DNA of 63,364 nucleotides, filler included. It is 4 parts of 4 records of this genome, joined end to end, with 100 filler letters (N's around TTAATTAATTAA, not from the genome) between each part and the next. Parts side by side here need not be neighbours in the genome. Positions count along the whole stretch, not along the records: positions 35,040 to 56,856 come from SRR20825019_1414; 3 more parts are not named here. One strand, given 5' to 3'. Position 1 is the first letter of the stretch, and every line of letters begins with the position of its first letter. The translations under genes and the position numbers were made by a program. Positions 38,820-49,058 of the stretch are shown in pieces. A model generated the notes under the pieces. That model saw only the letters and a program-made list of their open reading frames with translations, had not been told where the DNA came from and did no database searches.

Positions 38820-39527
38820 TTACTCACCAGCTTGTTTTTGTGCGTCTTGCTTCATTTTTTCGTTAGGAACGATAGCAAGGTTTACACGTCTGTTTTTTGC
38901 ACGACCTTCAGCAGTAGTATTATCTGCGATTGGTGCTGTTTCACCATACCAGTTTGTGGTAAATCTTCCAGAGCTTAATCCTTTATTCTGAACAAAATAG
39001 TTAGTTACGGCTGTAGCTCTATTTTTTGAAAGCGTCATATTCATTTCATCAGCACCAACACTATCGGTATGGCCAATAACAAGAACATCGGTATCAGGGT
39101 ATTCTTTAAGAACACCAGCAAGTTTATCTAACAAAGCTTGTGAAGCTGTGTTAACGTTGTATTTACCAGTGTCAAAATACACACCACTATTCTCATCGAA
39201 TGTAACAACGATACCGTCGTCTACACGTTCTACTTGAGCACCAGGAATTTCCTGCTCAATTTTTTGAGCTTGCTTATCCATTTTTGAACCAATAAGCACA
39301 CCTGCGCCACCACCTACAACACCACCAATTACAGCACCGAGTTCACCGTTACCACCTTTACCAATATTATTACCTAATATTGCGCCTAAAACGGCTCCAC
39401 CAGCGGCTCCAATTACGGCTCCTTTCTGTTTATTATTTGCATTTTTAGTAGCTTCACAGCTTCCTAGACTAATAAGTAGCGTTAGTGCTAGTGTAGCTAA
39501 TGCGGTTTGTTTTAAGAAATTTTTCAT
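38820..39527 (-). CDS. OmpA-family lipoprotein with glycine zipper
   Basis: Lipobox LGSC; Gly zipper; GHTDS.G....N..LS..RA; EGRAKNRRV. Confidence 0.92.
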   Translation of the reverse strand: MKNFLKQTALATLALTLLISLGSCEATKNANNKQKGAVIGAAGGAVLGAILGNNIGKGGNGELGAVIGGVVGGGAGVLIGSKMDKQAQKIEQEIPGAQVERVDDGIVVTFDENSGVYFDTGKYNVNTASQALLDKLAGVLKEYPDTDVLVIGHTDSVGADEMNMTLSKNRATAVTNYFVQNKGLSSGRFTTNWYGETAPIADNTTAEGRAKNRRVNLAIVPNEKMKQDAQKQAGE

Positions 39528-39532
39528 AATAG

Positions 39533-40012
39533 TTAGTCTTGAATTTTAGAAAAGTTCATATTTATTTTAAAGGGTTTGCCTTCTAAATTTACTGTTTGTT
39601 CCCAGCGCATAGAAGATTCACTAAGTTGTGCCAATTGTAATCTGATACCAACATTGGTTTCAGACTTGCCTTTAGCGTTTGTAGGTTTCAATAGAAAATC
39701 ATAGAGTCCTGTTGCAGGATCGATTTCTTGAATAACGAATACAAAGTCACGCTGACCTGTTGGGCAACTTGCGTTTTCAATTGTATAGTTACCAGTGTTG
39801 TTATTAGGTATAAATCTCCAGTTACTACCTTCGAAGCATTCAGCTGAAGCATCGTTAAAAAGTGTAACATTGTATTTTCCTGGGGCACCATAAGTAATAT
39901 CGTCTAAAGACCAATATCCTTTGATAACTTTACGAGATTCAATCACGGTTTTTGGTGTTCCGCAAGAAAATGCTGTGGCCGCAATAAGGGCCAAAATGAG
40001 GATTTTTTTCAT
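39533..40012 (-). CDS. Lipocalin-like lipoprotein
   Basis: Lipobox AFSC; KGYW motif; beta-rich. Confidence 0.7.
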   Translation of the reverse strand: MKKILILALIAATAFSCGTPKTVIESRKVIKGYWSLDDITYGAPGKYNVTLFNDASAECFEGSNWRFIPNNNTGNYTIENASCPTGQRDFVFVIQEIDPATGLYDFLLKPTNAKGKSETNVGIRLQLAQLSESSMRWEQTVNLEGKPFKINMNFSKIQD

Positions 40013-40049
40013 AAATAAATTAGTTTGATTAATTAGAGGTTAAGTTATT

Positions 40050-40211
40050 TTATCTTCTAAACAGTCTTGAAAGCAAAGACAGTACCAAAAGCACAATAAA
40101 AATGTAAAAAATAATTTGTGCGATATCTGTAGCACCTTCTGCGATTTTTCCAAATCCAAATAATGCTGCAATTAATGCAATTACTAAAAAGGTTATAATC
40201 CAACGTACCAT
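40050..40211 (-). CDS. DUF1328 (UPF0391/YtjA-like) small membrane protein, 53 aa
   Basis: My translation: [53 protein letters not shown]. Below the ORF-track length cutoff. Confidence 0.88.
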   Translation of the reverse strand: MVRWIITFLVIALIAALFGFGKIAEGATDIAQIIFYIFIVLLVLSLLSRLFRR

Positions 40212-40309
40212 AATATATTGTTTTTAATGATTAGTATTCCACTAAATTAAATAACAATAATTATGCTTGAAGAATCTTTATCTAAAGTTTAACAGTAAAA
40301 GTTAAAATA

Positions 40310-42316
40310 TTAGTAAGATAGCAATTTTAGCAACAATATTTTAAACTTTTCTTTAGGTAAGTAGGTTTTTTCTAAGTTTGCTGCAAATGGGATTGGGGTT
40401 TCCATGCTTGCAACACGCTGTACAGGAGCGTCTAAATATTCAAAACAATTCTCCATTATCAATGCGGAGATATCAGAAGCGATACCACCAAATAAGGAGT
40501 CTTCTTGAAGAATAATAACTTTTCCTGTTTTCTTAACTGATTGGTATATTGCTTCGGTGTCTAAAGGCACCAAGGTGCGTAAATCAATTAAATCTGCATC
40601 AATTTCAGGATGCCCGTCAAGGGTTTCTAATGCCCAATGTACGCCAGCACCATAGGTTATAATAGTAACGTTTTTTCCTTCTTTAATTAAAGAGGCTTTC
40701 CCAAATGGTAATGTGTAGTAGTCTGTAGGAACATCTTGGCGAATACTTCTATACAATGCTTTATGTTCAAAAAACATAACTGGATTTGGGTCTTCAATAC
40801 TTGTAGCCAAAAGTCCTTTAGCGTCATACGGAAAAGCTGGATACACCACCTTAAGTCCTGGTGTATGCGTAAACCAAGCTTCGTTCGTCTGGCTATGAAA
40901 TGGCCCTGCGCCTACTCCTGCACCACATGGCATACGAACAACTACATCTGCATTTTCATTCCAGCGGTAATGGCTTTTAGCTAGGTAATTAATAATAGGA
41001 TTAAAGCCAGAAGTAACAAAATCAGCAAATTGCATTTCAACAACGGCTTTAAAGCCACTTATGGAAAGTCCCATTGCGGCAGAAACAATTGCAGATTCAC
41101 ATATAGGGGTATTGCGAACGCGTTCTTTTCCAAACTGCGCTACAAACCCTTCGGTTATTTTAAAAACACCTCCATATTCCGCTACATCTTGCCCCATAAT
41201 TACAAGATTATCATGGCGTTCCATTGCTTGTTTTAATCCTTGAGAAATAGCATCTATTAAACGAATGTTTTCTTTTTCTGAATTTACACTAACTTCTTGA
41301 TAATTAAATGATTTATAAACATCATTTAACTCGTTAGTTTCAGAAGATTCTATTTCAGGTTCGGCAAAAGCTATGTCAAGATTTTCATCAATTTCTTGTT
41401 TAAATTCGTCTTTAAACTTCTGGATATCGGTTTCGAAAATAACTTCTTCAGCTAATAAAAAACTTTCAAAATTTAAAAGCGGATCACGCATTCCCCATTC
41501 ATCTATTAAATCTACAGGAACATATTTTGTACCACTAGCCTCTTCATGGCCACGCATTCTAAAGGTTTTAAACTCTATCAAAATAGGTCTTGGATTGTTT
41601 CGCATGCTATCAACCAAACTTTTTAGCTTGGTGTAAACTTCCAGCACATTATTACCTTCAATAATATGTGATTCCATGCCGTAGCCTTTACCACGGTCGG
41701 CTAGATTTTCGCAATTATATTGTTCATTTGTAGGTGTTGAGAGTCCATAACCGTTGTTTTCAATACAGAAAAGAACAGGTAGTTGCCAAACAGAAGCTAC
41801 GTTTAAAGCTTCGTGGATATCACCTTCACTGGAGCCGCCTTCTCCTGTAAAAACTGCACAAACCTTATTGTTTTGTTTTAATTTATTTGCAAGTGCTATA
41901 CCATCCGCAACGCCAAATTGTGGTCCTAAATGCGAAATCATCCCCACAATATTAAATTCTTGCGTACCAAAGTGAAAACTACGGTCTCTACCTTTGGTGA
42001 AGCCGTTTGCTTTTCCTTGCCATTGTGAAAATAACCTATGCAATGGAATTTCACGCATCGTGAAGATTCCAAGATTTCTGTGCATTGGTAAAATGTATTC
42101 GTCTTTATCCAAAACCGCTGCAACACCTATAGATATTGCTTCCTGCCCTATTCCGCTAAACCATTTTGAAACTTTTCCTTGGCGAAGAAGAATGAGCATT
42201 TTCTCTTCTATCATTCGCGGTTTCAACATACCGCGGTATAGGTTTATTAATGTATTGTTATCGATATCCTTTCTATTGTAATCGAAGAAAATATGTGGTT
42301 TTGTTTCAGATTTCAT
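40310..42316 (-). CDS. 2-oxoacid dehydrogenase E1, fused alpha/beta subunits
   Basis: TPP motif GEGGSSEG...ENNGY; RMRGHEE; beta part GGVFKITEG, NTPICE, GPFHSQ. Confidence 0.93.
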   Translation of the reverse strand: MKSETKPHIFFDYNRKDIDNNTLINLYRGMLKPRMIEEKMLILLRQGKVSKWFSGIGQEAISIGVAAVLDKDEYILPMHRNLGIFTMREIPLHRLFSQWQGKANGFTKGRDRSFHFGTQEFNIVGMISHLGPQFGVADGIALANKLKQNNKVCAVFTGEGGSSEGDIHEALNVASVWQLPVLFCIENNGYGLSTPTNEQYNCENLADRGKGYGMESHIIEGNNVLEVYTKLKSLVDSMRNNPRPILIEFKTFRMRGHEEASGTKYVPVDLIDEWGMRDPLLNFESFLLAEEVIFETDIQKFKDEFKQEIDENLDIAFAEPEIESSETNELNDVYKSFNYQEVSVNSEKENIRLIDAISQGLKQAMERHDNLVIMGQDVAEYGGVFKITEGFVAQFGKERVRNTPICESAIVSAAMGLSISGFKAVVEMQFADFVTSGFNPIINYLAKSHYRWNENADVVVRMPCGAGVGAGPFHSQTNEAWFTHTPGLKVVYPAFPYDAKGLLATSIEDPNPVMFFEHKALYRSIRQDVPTDYYTLPFGKASLIKEGKNVTIITYGAGVHWALETLDGHPEIDADLIDLRTLVPLDTEAIYQSVKKTGKVIILQEDSLFGGIASDISALIMENCFEYLDAPVQRVASMETPIPFAANLEKTYLPKEKFKILLLKLLSY

Positions 42317-42398
42317 CTTAAATAATTAACAATATCAAAAGTAGAAAAAAACCCATTGCAACAAGGATTATTAATGCAAATTTTATCTTCGGAAAAAC

Positions 42399-42419
42399 TT
42401 TGGTAAATTGGTATCTTTG
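42399..42419 (+). promoter_or_regulatory. Bacteroidota-type housekeeping promoter (-7 TAnnTTTG)
   Basis: TATCTTTG at 42412-42419, about 20 nt upstream of the dioxygenase ATG. Confidence 0.55.
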
Positions 42420-42440
42420 TACTTTAAAAATATAAATGCT

Positions 42441-43391
42441 ATGAATAATATACCCAGCGTAGATTTAGCCGATTTCCTTTCAGACGACCCGAAAAGGAAA
42501 CAAAAGTTTGTAAATGAAATAGGAAGCGCATACGAAGACATAGGTTTTGTTTCATTAAAAAATCATTTTTTAAGCGATGCCTTGGTAGATAATCTATATA
42601 AAGAAGTTAAAAGTTTTTTTAGTCTTCCAGTTGAAGTAAAGGAATCCTATGAAATTGAAGGACTTGGAGGGCAAAGAGGTTATATTTCCTTTGGGAAAGA
42701 GCATGCAAAAGGTAAAAAAGAAGGAGATTTAAAAGAGTTTTGGCATTTTGGACAAGAGCCAAGTGCAGATGCAAACCTTTCAGAAGACTATCCAGAAAAC
42801 ATACACGTAAAGGAGCTACCTGATTTTAACCGTACTGGTATGGAAGCGTATAGAATGCTTGAAAAAACAGGCATTTATGTTCTACGTGCTTTGTCTTTAT
42901 ATATTGGATTGGATGAGTTTTACTTTGACCATTGGGCAACAAACGGCAATAGTATTTTGCGACCTATACATTACCCGCCAATTAAAGAAGAGCCAAAAGG
43001 TGCTGTACGTGCTGGTGCTCACGGAGATATTAACCTTATTACACTTTTAATGGGTGCTTCTGCTGGAGGATTGCAAGTATTGCGTAAAGATGGTGAATGG
43101 ATAGATGCAATACCAAATGAAGATGAGCTTGTTATTAATGTTGGTGATATGCTAGAGCGCCATACTAACAATAAGCTACGTTCTACAATACATCGTGTTG
43201 TAAACCCACCTAAAGAAGAATGGGGTACGGCACGCTACTCTATTCCATTTTTTATGCATCCACGTAGCGATATGAAATTAAACTGCTTGCCAGAATGTAT
43301 TGATTCGGAACATACAAAAGCGTATGATGATATTACCGCTGGAGAGTTTTTACACCAACGATTGGTGGAGATTGGATTAATTAAAAAGTAA
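42441..43391 (+). CDS. Isopenicillin N synthase-family 2OG-Fe(II) dioxygenase
   Basis: HxD (HGD), distal H (TIHRV), RYS motif. Confidence 0.9.
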   Translation: MNNIPSVDLADFLSDDPKRKQKFVNEIGSAYEDIGFVSLKNHFLSDALVDNLYKEVKSFFSLPVEVKESYEIEGLGGQRGYISFGKEHAKGKKEGDLKEFWHFGQEPSADANLSEDYPENIHVKELPDFNRTGMEAYRMLEKTGIYVLRALSLYIGLDEFYFDHWATNGNSILRPIHYPPIKEEPKGAVRAGAHGDINLITLLMGASAGGLQVLRKDGEWIDAIPNEDELVINVGDMLERHTNNKLRSTIHRVVNPPKEEWGTARYSIPFFMHPRSDMKLNCLPECIDSEHTKAYDDITAGEFLHQRLVEIGLIKK

Positions 43392-43433
43392 GTTGTTAGT
43401 GGCAATTTGCAGATAAACTTGAAAATTTAGACT

Positions 43434-43763
43434 TTGAGATCTTTAGAAGACCAATTAAAAAACCTTTTTCCAGACCATGAGCCCAAAGATATTCCTGAAA
43501 CGCAGGAGGAATCAACACTTTGGATGCAAGATGATCCTTTAATTTGCAAATATGAAAAGCGAAAAGGAAAACCAATTACAATCATTGAAGGATATACAGG
43601 TGCCGATTCAGACTTTAAAATTCTTGCGAAAGAAATAAAGCAGTTATTGAGTGTTGGCGGTAGTTTTAAGAACGAACAAATAATTATTCAAGGGGATTAT
43701 CGCGATAAAATTATGACCTTTTTAAAAGAAAAAGGGTTTAAGGTAAAACGTGTTGGAGGATAA
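43434..43763 (+). CDS. Translation initiation factor SUI1/YciH family
   Basis: KRKGKPITII.G, LAKE.K..L.VGGS.K...IIIQGD.R. Confidence 0.88.
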   Translation: MRSLEDQLKNLFPDHEPKDIPETQEESTLWMQDDPLICKYEKRKGKPITIIEGYTGADSDFKILAKEIKQLLSVGGSFKNEQIIIQGDYRDKIMTFLKEKGFKVKRVGG

Positions 43764-43768
43764 ATAGT

Positions 43769-44641
43769 ATGGTGAAAATTAAAGAATCGGAGCTAATCCT
43801 TAATCCTGATGGAAGTATTTATCATCTCAATTTACTACCCCACCAACTTGCAGATACTATAATTACCGTTGGTGATCCAGACCGTGTAGCTACAGTTTCA
43901 AAATATTTTGACACCATTGAATTTAAAACCCATAAAAGGGAGTTTAAAACACATACCGGAAGCTTTAATGGAAAACGCATAAGTGTGATTTCTACAGGTA
44001 TTGGGACTGATAATATTGATATTGTTTTAAATGAATTAGACGCCTTAAAAAATATTGATTTTGAAACACGCACTATTAAAAATCAACTTACCCCTTTAAA
44101 AATAATCCGCATAGGAACTTCTGGTGCAATTCAGCCAGAAATAGCGATTGATAGTTTTTTGGTTTCAGCAAAAGCAATTGGGTTTGACAATTTGCTTCAT
44201 TTTTATAAAGAAACTTCTTTCCTTGATACTGATTTTTCAGCAGCATTTACCGAACATACTAACTGGAACGCTAAAAAATCTGAACCCTATGTTGTTTCAG
44301 CGGATGATGAATTACTAAAAAAGTTTAGTTCAAAGGAATTTATTAAAGGTATTACCGCCACAAACGTAGGTTTTTATGGGCCACAAGGACGTGTGCTTCG
44401 TCTTTCAACTGAAGATAAAAACATGAATGATAAAATCCAAAAATTCAATTATAAAGGTGCTAAAATTACCAATTTGGAGATGGAAACATCTGGAATCTAT
44501 GGATTGGCAAGATTATTGGGTCATAGTGCAATATCGCTAAATGCTATTTTGGCAAATAGAGCAAATGGAACCTTTAGTCTTAATTCTGAAAAGACTATTG
44601 ATTCTTTAATAAAAACGACATTGAAAATTATTTCTAAATGA
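43769..44641 (+). CDS. Nucleoside (uridine) phosphorylase family
   Basis: VGDPDRV, STGIG, RIGTSG, FYGPQGR, NLEMET. Confidence 0.88.
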   Translation: MVKIKESELILNPDGSIYHLNLLPHQLADTIITVGDPDRVATVSKYFDTIEFKTHKREFKTHTGSFNGKRISVISTGIGTDNIDIVLNELDALKNIDFETRTIKNQLTPLKIIRIGTSGAIQPEIAIDSFLVSAKAIGFDNLLHFYKETSFLDTDFSAAFTEHTNWNAKKSEPYVVSADDELLKKFSSKEFIKGITATNVGFYGPQGRVLRLSTEDKNMNDKIQKFNYKGAKITNLEMETSGIYGLARLLGHSAISLNAILANRANGTFSLNSEKTIDSLIKTTLKIISK

Positions 44642-45486
44642 AAAACTTCCTGATTGGCGGGGTGCCAGAACACTTCAATTTACCTTGGTACATCGCACTT
44701 CGCGATAAGGAATTTCAGAAAAAGAATATTAACCTTCGTTGGAAAGATTATCCAGGAGGAACAGGACAAATGTGTCAAGCTCTTAGAGAAAAAGAGATTG
44801 ATATGGCTGTTATACTCACTGAAGGCGTAGTTCGTGATATTATTAATGGTAATGATTGCAAAATTGTGCAAGTTTTTGTGAAATCACCCTTAATCTGGGG
44901 GATTCATGTTGCTGCAAATTCAGATTACAAAACTGTTTCAGACCTAAAAGGAACGTCGGCGGCTATTAGTAGGTATGGTTCGGGCTCGCATTTAATGGCT
45001 TATGTAAATGCTGAAAACTTAGAATGGAATTTACAAAATGACTTAAAGTTTAAAGTAATTCAAGATCTTGATGGTGCTTTGGAAGGTTTACCAAATGGAA
45101 ACGGTGATTATTTTATGTGGGAAAAATTTATGACCAAACCCTATGTTGATACTGGTGTTTTTAGATTGGTTGGCGAATCCCCTACTCCTTGGCCAAGTTT
45201 TGTGATTGCAGTTAGAAATGATGTTTTAGATAATGATGCTGAGGCAATACAAACTATTCTAGAAATAATAAACGCGACTACTAGAAGTTTCAAGCAATTA
45301 GAAAATATTGACCAAATTATAGCAAAAAGATACGGTCAGAAAATTGAAGATGTTCAAGAATGGCTTTCATTAACAGAATGGAGTGATAGTCAGTTAACGT
45401 TAGCAGAGCTCGAAAACATTCAACAAAAGTTATTAGAATTAGATTTAATTGAAAATAAAATACAGCATACCAGCATTTTAAAATAA
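44638..45486 (+). CDS. Substrate-binding-fold protein (NMT1/THI5-like)
   Basis: GGVPEHFNLPW, GGTG.M, ISR.GSGSHLM, FMWE.F.TKP, TPWPSF. Confidence 0.75.
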   Translation: MKNFLIGGVPEHFNLPWYIALRDKEFQKKNINLRWKDYPGGTGQMCQALREKEIDMAVILTEGVVRDIINGNDCKIVQVFVKSPLIWGIHVAANSDYKTVSDLKGTSAAISRYGSGSHLMAYVNAENLEWNLQNDLKFKVIQDLDGALEGLPNGNGDYFMWEKFMTKPYVDTGVFRLVGESPTPWPSFVIAVRNDVLDNDAEAIQTILEIINATTRSFKQLENIDQIIAKRYGQKIEDVQEWLSLTEWSDSQLTLAELENIQQKLLELDLIENKIQHTSILK

Positions 45487-45558
45487 ATCACAAAAAAATT
45501 TAAATTTTACGCAACCCGAGAAAGCATACTGCATCTTATTTGTATAAAATCAAATATT

Positions 45559-45666
45559 ATGACTACATTTTTAATCGTTTTGGGAGCGTTGTTGGTCACT
45601 AACTTTCTTTTGTTACAGTTTAGCTGTAATGATGCTACCGAACCAGAAGTACCCGAAGAAGAATAG
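45559..45666 (+). CDS. Small single-TM protein, 35 aa
   Basis: My translation: MTTFLIVLGALLVTNFLLLQFSCNDATEPEVPEEE; A-rich leader typical of Bacteroidota. Confidence 0.6.
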   Translation: MTTFLIVLGALLVTNFLLLQFSCNDATEPEVPEEE

Positions 45667-45733
45667 ATTGGTTTCTCCTCAACCTTCTATTCTATTTTTT
45701 TGAAACAACCACTTTTAGTTGTTATTACACAGG

Positions 45734-46411
45734 TTACCAGACTATTGGACTTTTACCTTTTTCTTTTAAAAAACTATTTATTTCACTAAAATTATTTTTA
45801 GTAAACCACTCCTCTTTATTTTTATTGACGCTTAATGGTGATGGGTGAATACTTTTTATCACTAAATGCTTTGTTTCATCAATATTTTTTCCTTTTTGCT
45901 TTGCATAATTTCCCCAGAGAATAAACACCAAATTTTCTTTTTCCGAAGAAAGCTTTTCAATAACAGCATCCGTAAATTTTTCCCAGCCTTTATTTTTATG
46001 ACTACCAGGCTTTTTTTCTCGAACACTTAGTATTGCATTCAATAAAAGCACTCCTTGGCCTGCCCAACGTTCTAAATTACCAGACTCAGGAATCTCAGTT
46101 CCTAAATCCAAACTTATTTTCTTGAATATATTATTTAGTGATGGTGGTTTTTTAATTCCGTCATTTACTGAAAAACAAAGCCCATTGGCCTGCCCTGCTC
46201 CGTGATATGGATCTTGGCCAATTATTACAACTTTTACCTCATTAAAAGGGGTATGCTTGAAGGCTGAAAATAACTGTTCACTTGGCGGAAAACATTTGCT
46301 GACGCTTGAATTATACTCATTTTCAACAAATTCCATTAAATTTTTAAACTCAGGGTTTTCTATTTCTTCCTTTAAAACCTGTTTCCAACTAGGTGGGATT
46401 GTTAGTTGCAT
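45734..46411 (-). CDS. ung: Uracil-DNA glycosylase
   Basis: GQDPYH, GLCFSV, PPSL.NI, LLLN, HPSPLS. Confidence 0.96.
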   Translation of the reverse strand: MQLTIPPSWKQVLKEEIENPEFKNLMEFVENEYNSSVSKCFPPSEQLFSAFKHTPFNEVKVVIIGQDPYHGAGQANGLCFSVNDGIKKPPSLNNIFKKISLDLGTEIPESGNLERWAGQGVLLLNAILSVREKKPGSHKNKGWEKFTDAVIEKLSSEKENLVFILWGNYAKQKGKNIDETKHLVIKSIHPSPLSVNKNKEEWFTKNNFSEINSFLKEKGKSPIVW

Positions 46412-46450
46412 TATTCTTACTTTTGTATGATTGCTGAAAAAGTAAAATTA

Positions 46451-48625
46451 ATGGAAATAAAACGGAAAGCCCGTATAGATACTAAAACTTTAGAAGACCT
46501 TGAATTCCCTTCGGTATTGCGGCAAGTTGCTGACAATTGCGTTACTGAACCTGGAAAAGAAAAAGTGCTTTTAATAAATCCATTTCAGGATTTTACTGAA
46601 ATAGCTCCTGAGTTAAAGCGTGTAAAAGAGTTTACCGCTTCATTTGATGGAGAAAATCGTATTCCAAACCACGGTTTCGACCCTATTTTTAGAGAATTGC
46701 GCTTGCTAGATATTGAAAATAGCACGTTGGAAATCTCTGGATTTAGAAGGATTTTATCTATTTCAGAAACCACACGAATACTTTTAAAATTCTTTAAGAA
46801 ATTTGAAGAATTCTATATTCACTTGAATCGATTTTCGGAAGAAGTAAATTATACTTCAATGATTTCCGAAGAAATACATAAACGTATTGATAAATACGGT
46901 GAAATTAAAGACGAAGCTTCTTCAGAATTAGGAGTAATACGTAGAAGATTGAATGTAGTAAAAGGGAAAATAAATTCATCGTTTACCAAAGCGCTTTCGC
47001 AATATTTGCAGAATGATTATTTGGATGAAATTCGTGAATCTATTGTTGAAAACCGTCGTGTGCTTGCAGTAAAAGCAATGCATCGCAAAAAAGTGAAAGG
47101 CGCTGTTTTAGGAAGCTCCAAAACTGGAAGCATTGTTTTTATTGAACCTCAGGAAACCCTTGAATACGCTAATGAACTCAGTAATTTGTTGTATGAAGAG
47201 GATGAAGAAATAAAAAAAATATTAAAAGCCTTAACTGAATTTATTCGTCCCTATAATACGCTTTTGGCGGCTTACCAAGCGTATTTAACAACCATAGATG
47301 TGCTTTATGCAAAAGCGAAATACGCTATAAAAATAAATGCAGTTTTACCTATACTTACCACAGAAAAAAGAATTTTACTACAAAAGGCTTTTCATCCGTT
47401 ATTGTTAGTTTCAAATAATAAACGAAAAGAAAAAACCTTCCCACAAACTATTGAATTGGTTCCTGATAAGCGGATTATTGTAATTTCTGGTCCCAATGCT
47501 GGAGGAAAAAGTATCACTTTAAAAACTGTTGGGCTATTGCAAGTTATGTTGCAAAGCGGAATGCTTATACCTGTGGAACCACAAAGTGAAGTTTTCTTCT
47601 TCAAACGAATTTTAACGGATATTGGCGACAATCAATCTATTGAAAATCATCTAAGTACGTACAGTTACCGATTAAAAAAAATGAATCAATTTCTTAAGAA
47701 GTGTAATAAAAACACACTTTTTTTAATTGATGAATTTGGAACTGGAAGTGATCCTGAACTTGGTGGTGCTTTGGCTGAAACCTTTTTAGAAGTTTTTTAT
47801 GAACGGGAAGCTTTTGGGATTATAACAACGCATTACACCAATTTAAAGCTATTGGCCAACGAATTGCCAAATGCTATAAATGCCAATATGCAGTTTGACA
47901 ATAAATCGTTAGAACCGCTGTACCACCTTCATTTAGGTGAAGCTGGAAGTAGTTATACGTTTGAAGTTGCTCAGAAAAATGGGATTCCGTATAGTTTAAT
48001 CAATAGGGCGAAAAAGAAAATTGAACGTGGCAAAGTACGTTTTGATAAAACCATAGCTAATTTACAAAAAGAGCGTTCTAACCTTCGGAAGACTTCTGAA
48101 GCACTTAAAAGTGAAGAACAAAAAGCCCGCGTAGAAGGAAAACAATTGGAAGAAATAAATGCTCGGGTTCAAGAAAAACTAGAAAGTTATCAGGAATTAT
48201 TTGATGCCAACCAAAAACTTATTAGTCTTGGTAAAAAAGTAGCTGTGCTTTCAGAAAAATACTTTAACAACAAGCAGAAAAAGCAACTGATTGATCAGTT
48301 AATGAAGCTTGTTATGGTTGAAAATAGCAAACGAAAAAAGCTTGCTCCAAAACAAAAAAAGGCTGTAAAAGTTAAAGAACAAAAGGTAATTCAAGAAGTT
48401 GAAAAAAAGGTCGAGGTTATTCGTGAACGTAAGAAGGTAGAAAAGGAAAAAGCAAAAAAACTTCCACCACCAAAACCGAAAGTTACATTAAAAATTGGCG
48501 ACAGAGTGCGTATGATTGACGGTCGCGCCATTGGAACGATTGATACAATTGAAAAAACCAAAGCGATTGTTAATTACGGTATGTTTACTACAAATGTGAG
48601 TTTAGAAGAACTGGAAAAAGTATAA
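46451..48625 (+). CDS. mutS2: MutS2 family protein (KOW, no Smr domain)
   Basis: SGPNAGGKS, DIGDNQSIEN.LSTYS, DEFGTGSDP, TTHY; ends with a KOW-like LKIGDRVR domain. Confidence 0.88.
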   Translation: MEIKRKARIDTKTLEDLEFPSVLRQVADNCVTEPGKEKVLLINPFQDFTEIAPELKRVKEFTASFDGENRIPNHGFDPIFRELRLLDIENSTLEISGFRRILSISETTRILLKFFKKFEEFYIHLNRFSEEVNYTSMISEEIHKRIDKYGEIKDEASSELGVIRRRLNVVKGKINSSFTKALSQYLQNDYLDEIRESIVENRRVLAVKAMHRKKVKGAVLGSSKTGSIVFIEPQETLEYANELSNLLYEEDEEIKKILKALTEFIRPYNTLLAAYQAYLTTIDVLYAKAKYAIKINAVLPILTTEKRILLQKAFHPLLLVSNNKRKEKTFPQTIELVPDKRIIVISGPNAGGKSITLKTVGLLQVMLQSGMLIPVEPQSEVFFFKRILTDIGDNQSIENHLSTYSYRLKKMNQFLKKCNKNTLFLIDEFGTGSDPELGGALAETFLEVFYEREAFGIITTHYTNLKLLANELPNAINANMQFDNKSLEPLYHLHLGEAGSSYTFEVAQKNGIPYSLINRAKKKIERGKVRFDKTIANLQKERSNLRKTSEALKSEEQKARVEGKQLEEINARVQEKLESYQELFDANQKLISLGKKVAVLSEKYFNNKQKKQLIDQLMKLVMVENSKRKKLAPKQKKAVKVKEQKVIQEVEKKVEVIRERKKVEKEKAKKLPPPKPKVTLKIGDRVRMIDGRAIGTIDTIEKTKAIVNYGMFTTNVSLEELEKV

Positions 48626-49032
48626 TGCAGACTGCAACTGAAAATAAAATTATTCTTTTTGATGGGGTTTGCAACCTTTGCAATAACTCCATCAATTTTG
48701 TGATTAAACACGACCCGAAAAACAACTTCAAATTTGCAGCGTTGCAGAGTGAAATCGGGCAAGAACTACTTTCAAAATTTAATGTAAATACTGCAAAAGT
48801 AGATTCTATTATATTAATTGATGGTGACAAAAAGTATGAAAAATCATCAGCTGCACTTCATATAGCTAAAAACCTAGATGGAGCATACCCCCTATTTTTT
48901 GGGTTTATGATTGTTCCTAAATTCATAAGAAATGCAGTTTATGATTATGTTGCGAAAAACCGATACAAATGGTACGGAAAAAAGGAAAGCTGTATGATTC
49001 CTACACCAGAATTGAAATCTAAATTTTTATAA
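48625..49032 (+). CDS. DCC1-like thiol-disulfide oxidoreductase
   Basis: FDGVCNLC, FAALQS, YD.VA.NRYKWYG...C. Confidence 0.9.
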   Translation: MQTATENKIILFDGVCNLCNNSINFVIKHDPKNNFKFAALQSEIGQELLSKFNVNTAKVDSIILIDGDKKYEKSSAALHIAKNLDGAYPLFFGFMIVPKFIRNAVYDYVAKNRYKWYGKKESCMIPTPELKSKFL

Positions 49033-49058
49033 AGTGTTTAAAATCAATTAATTCTATT

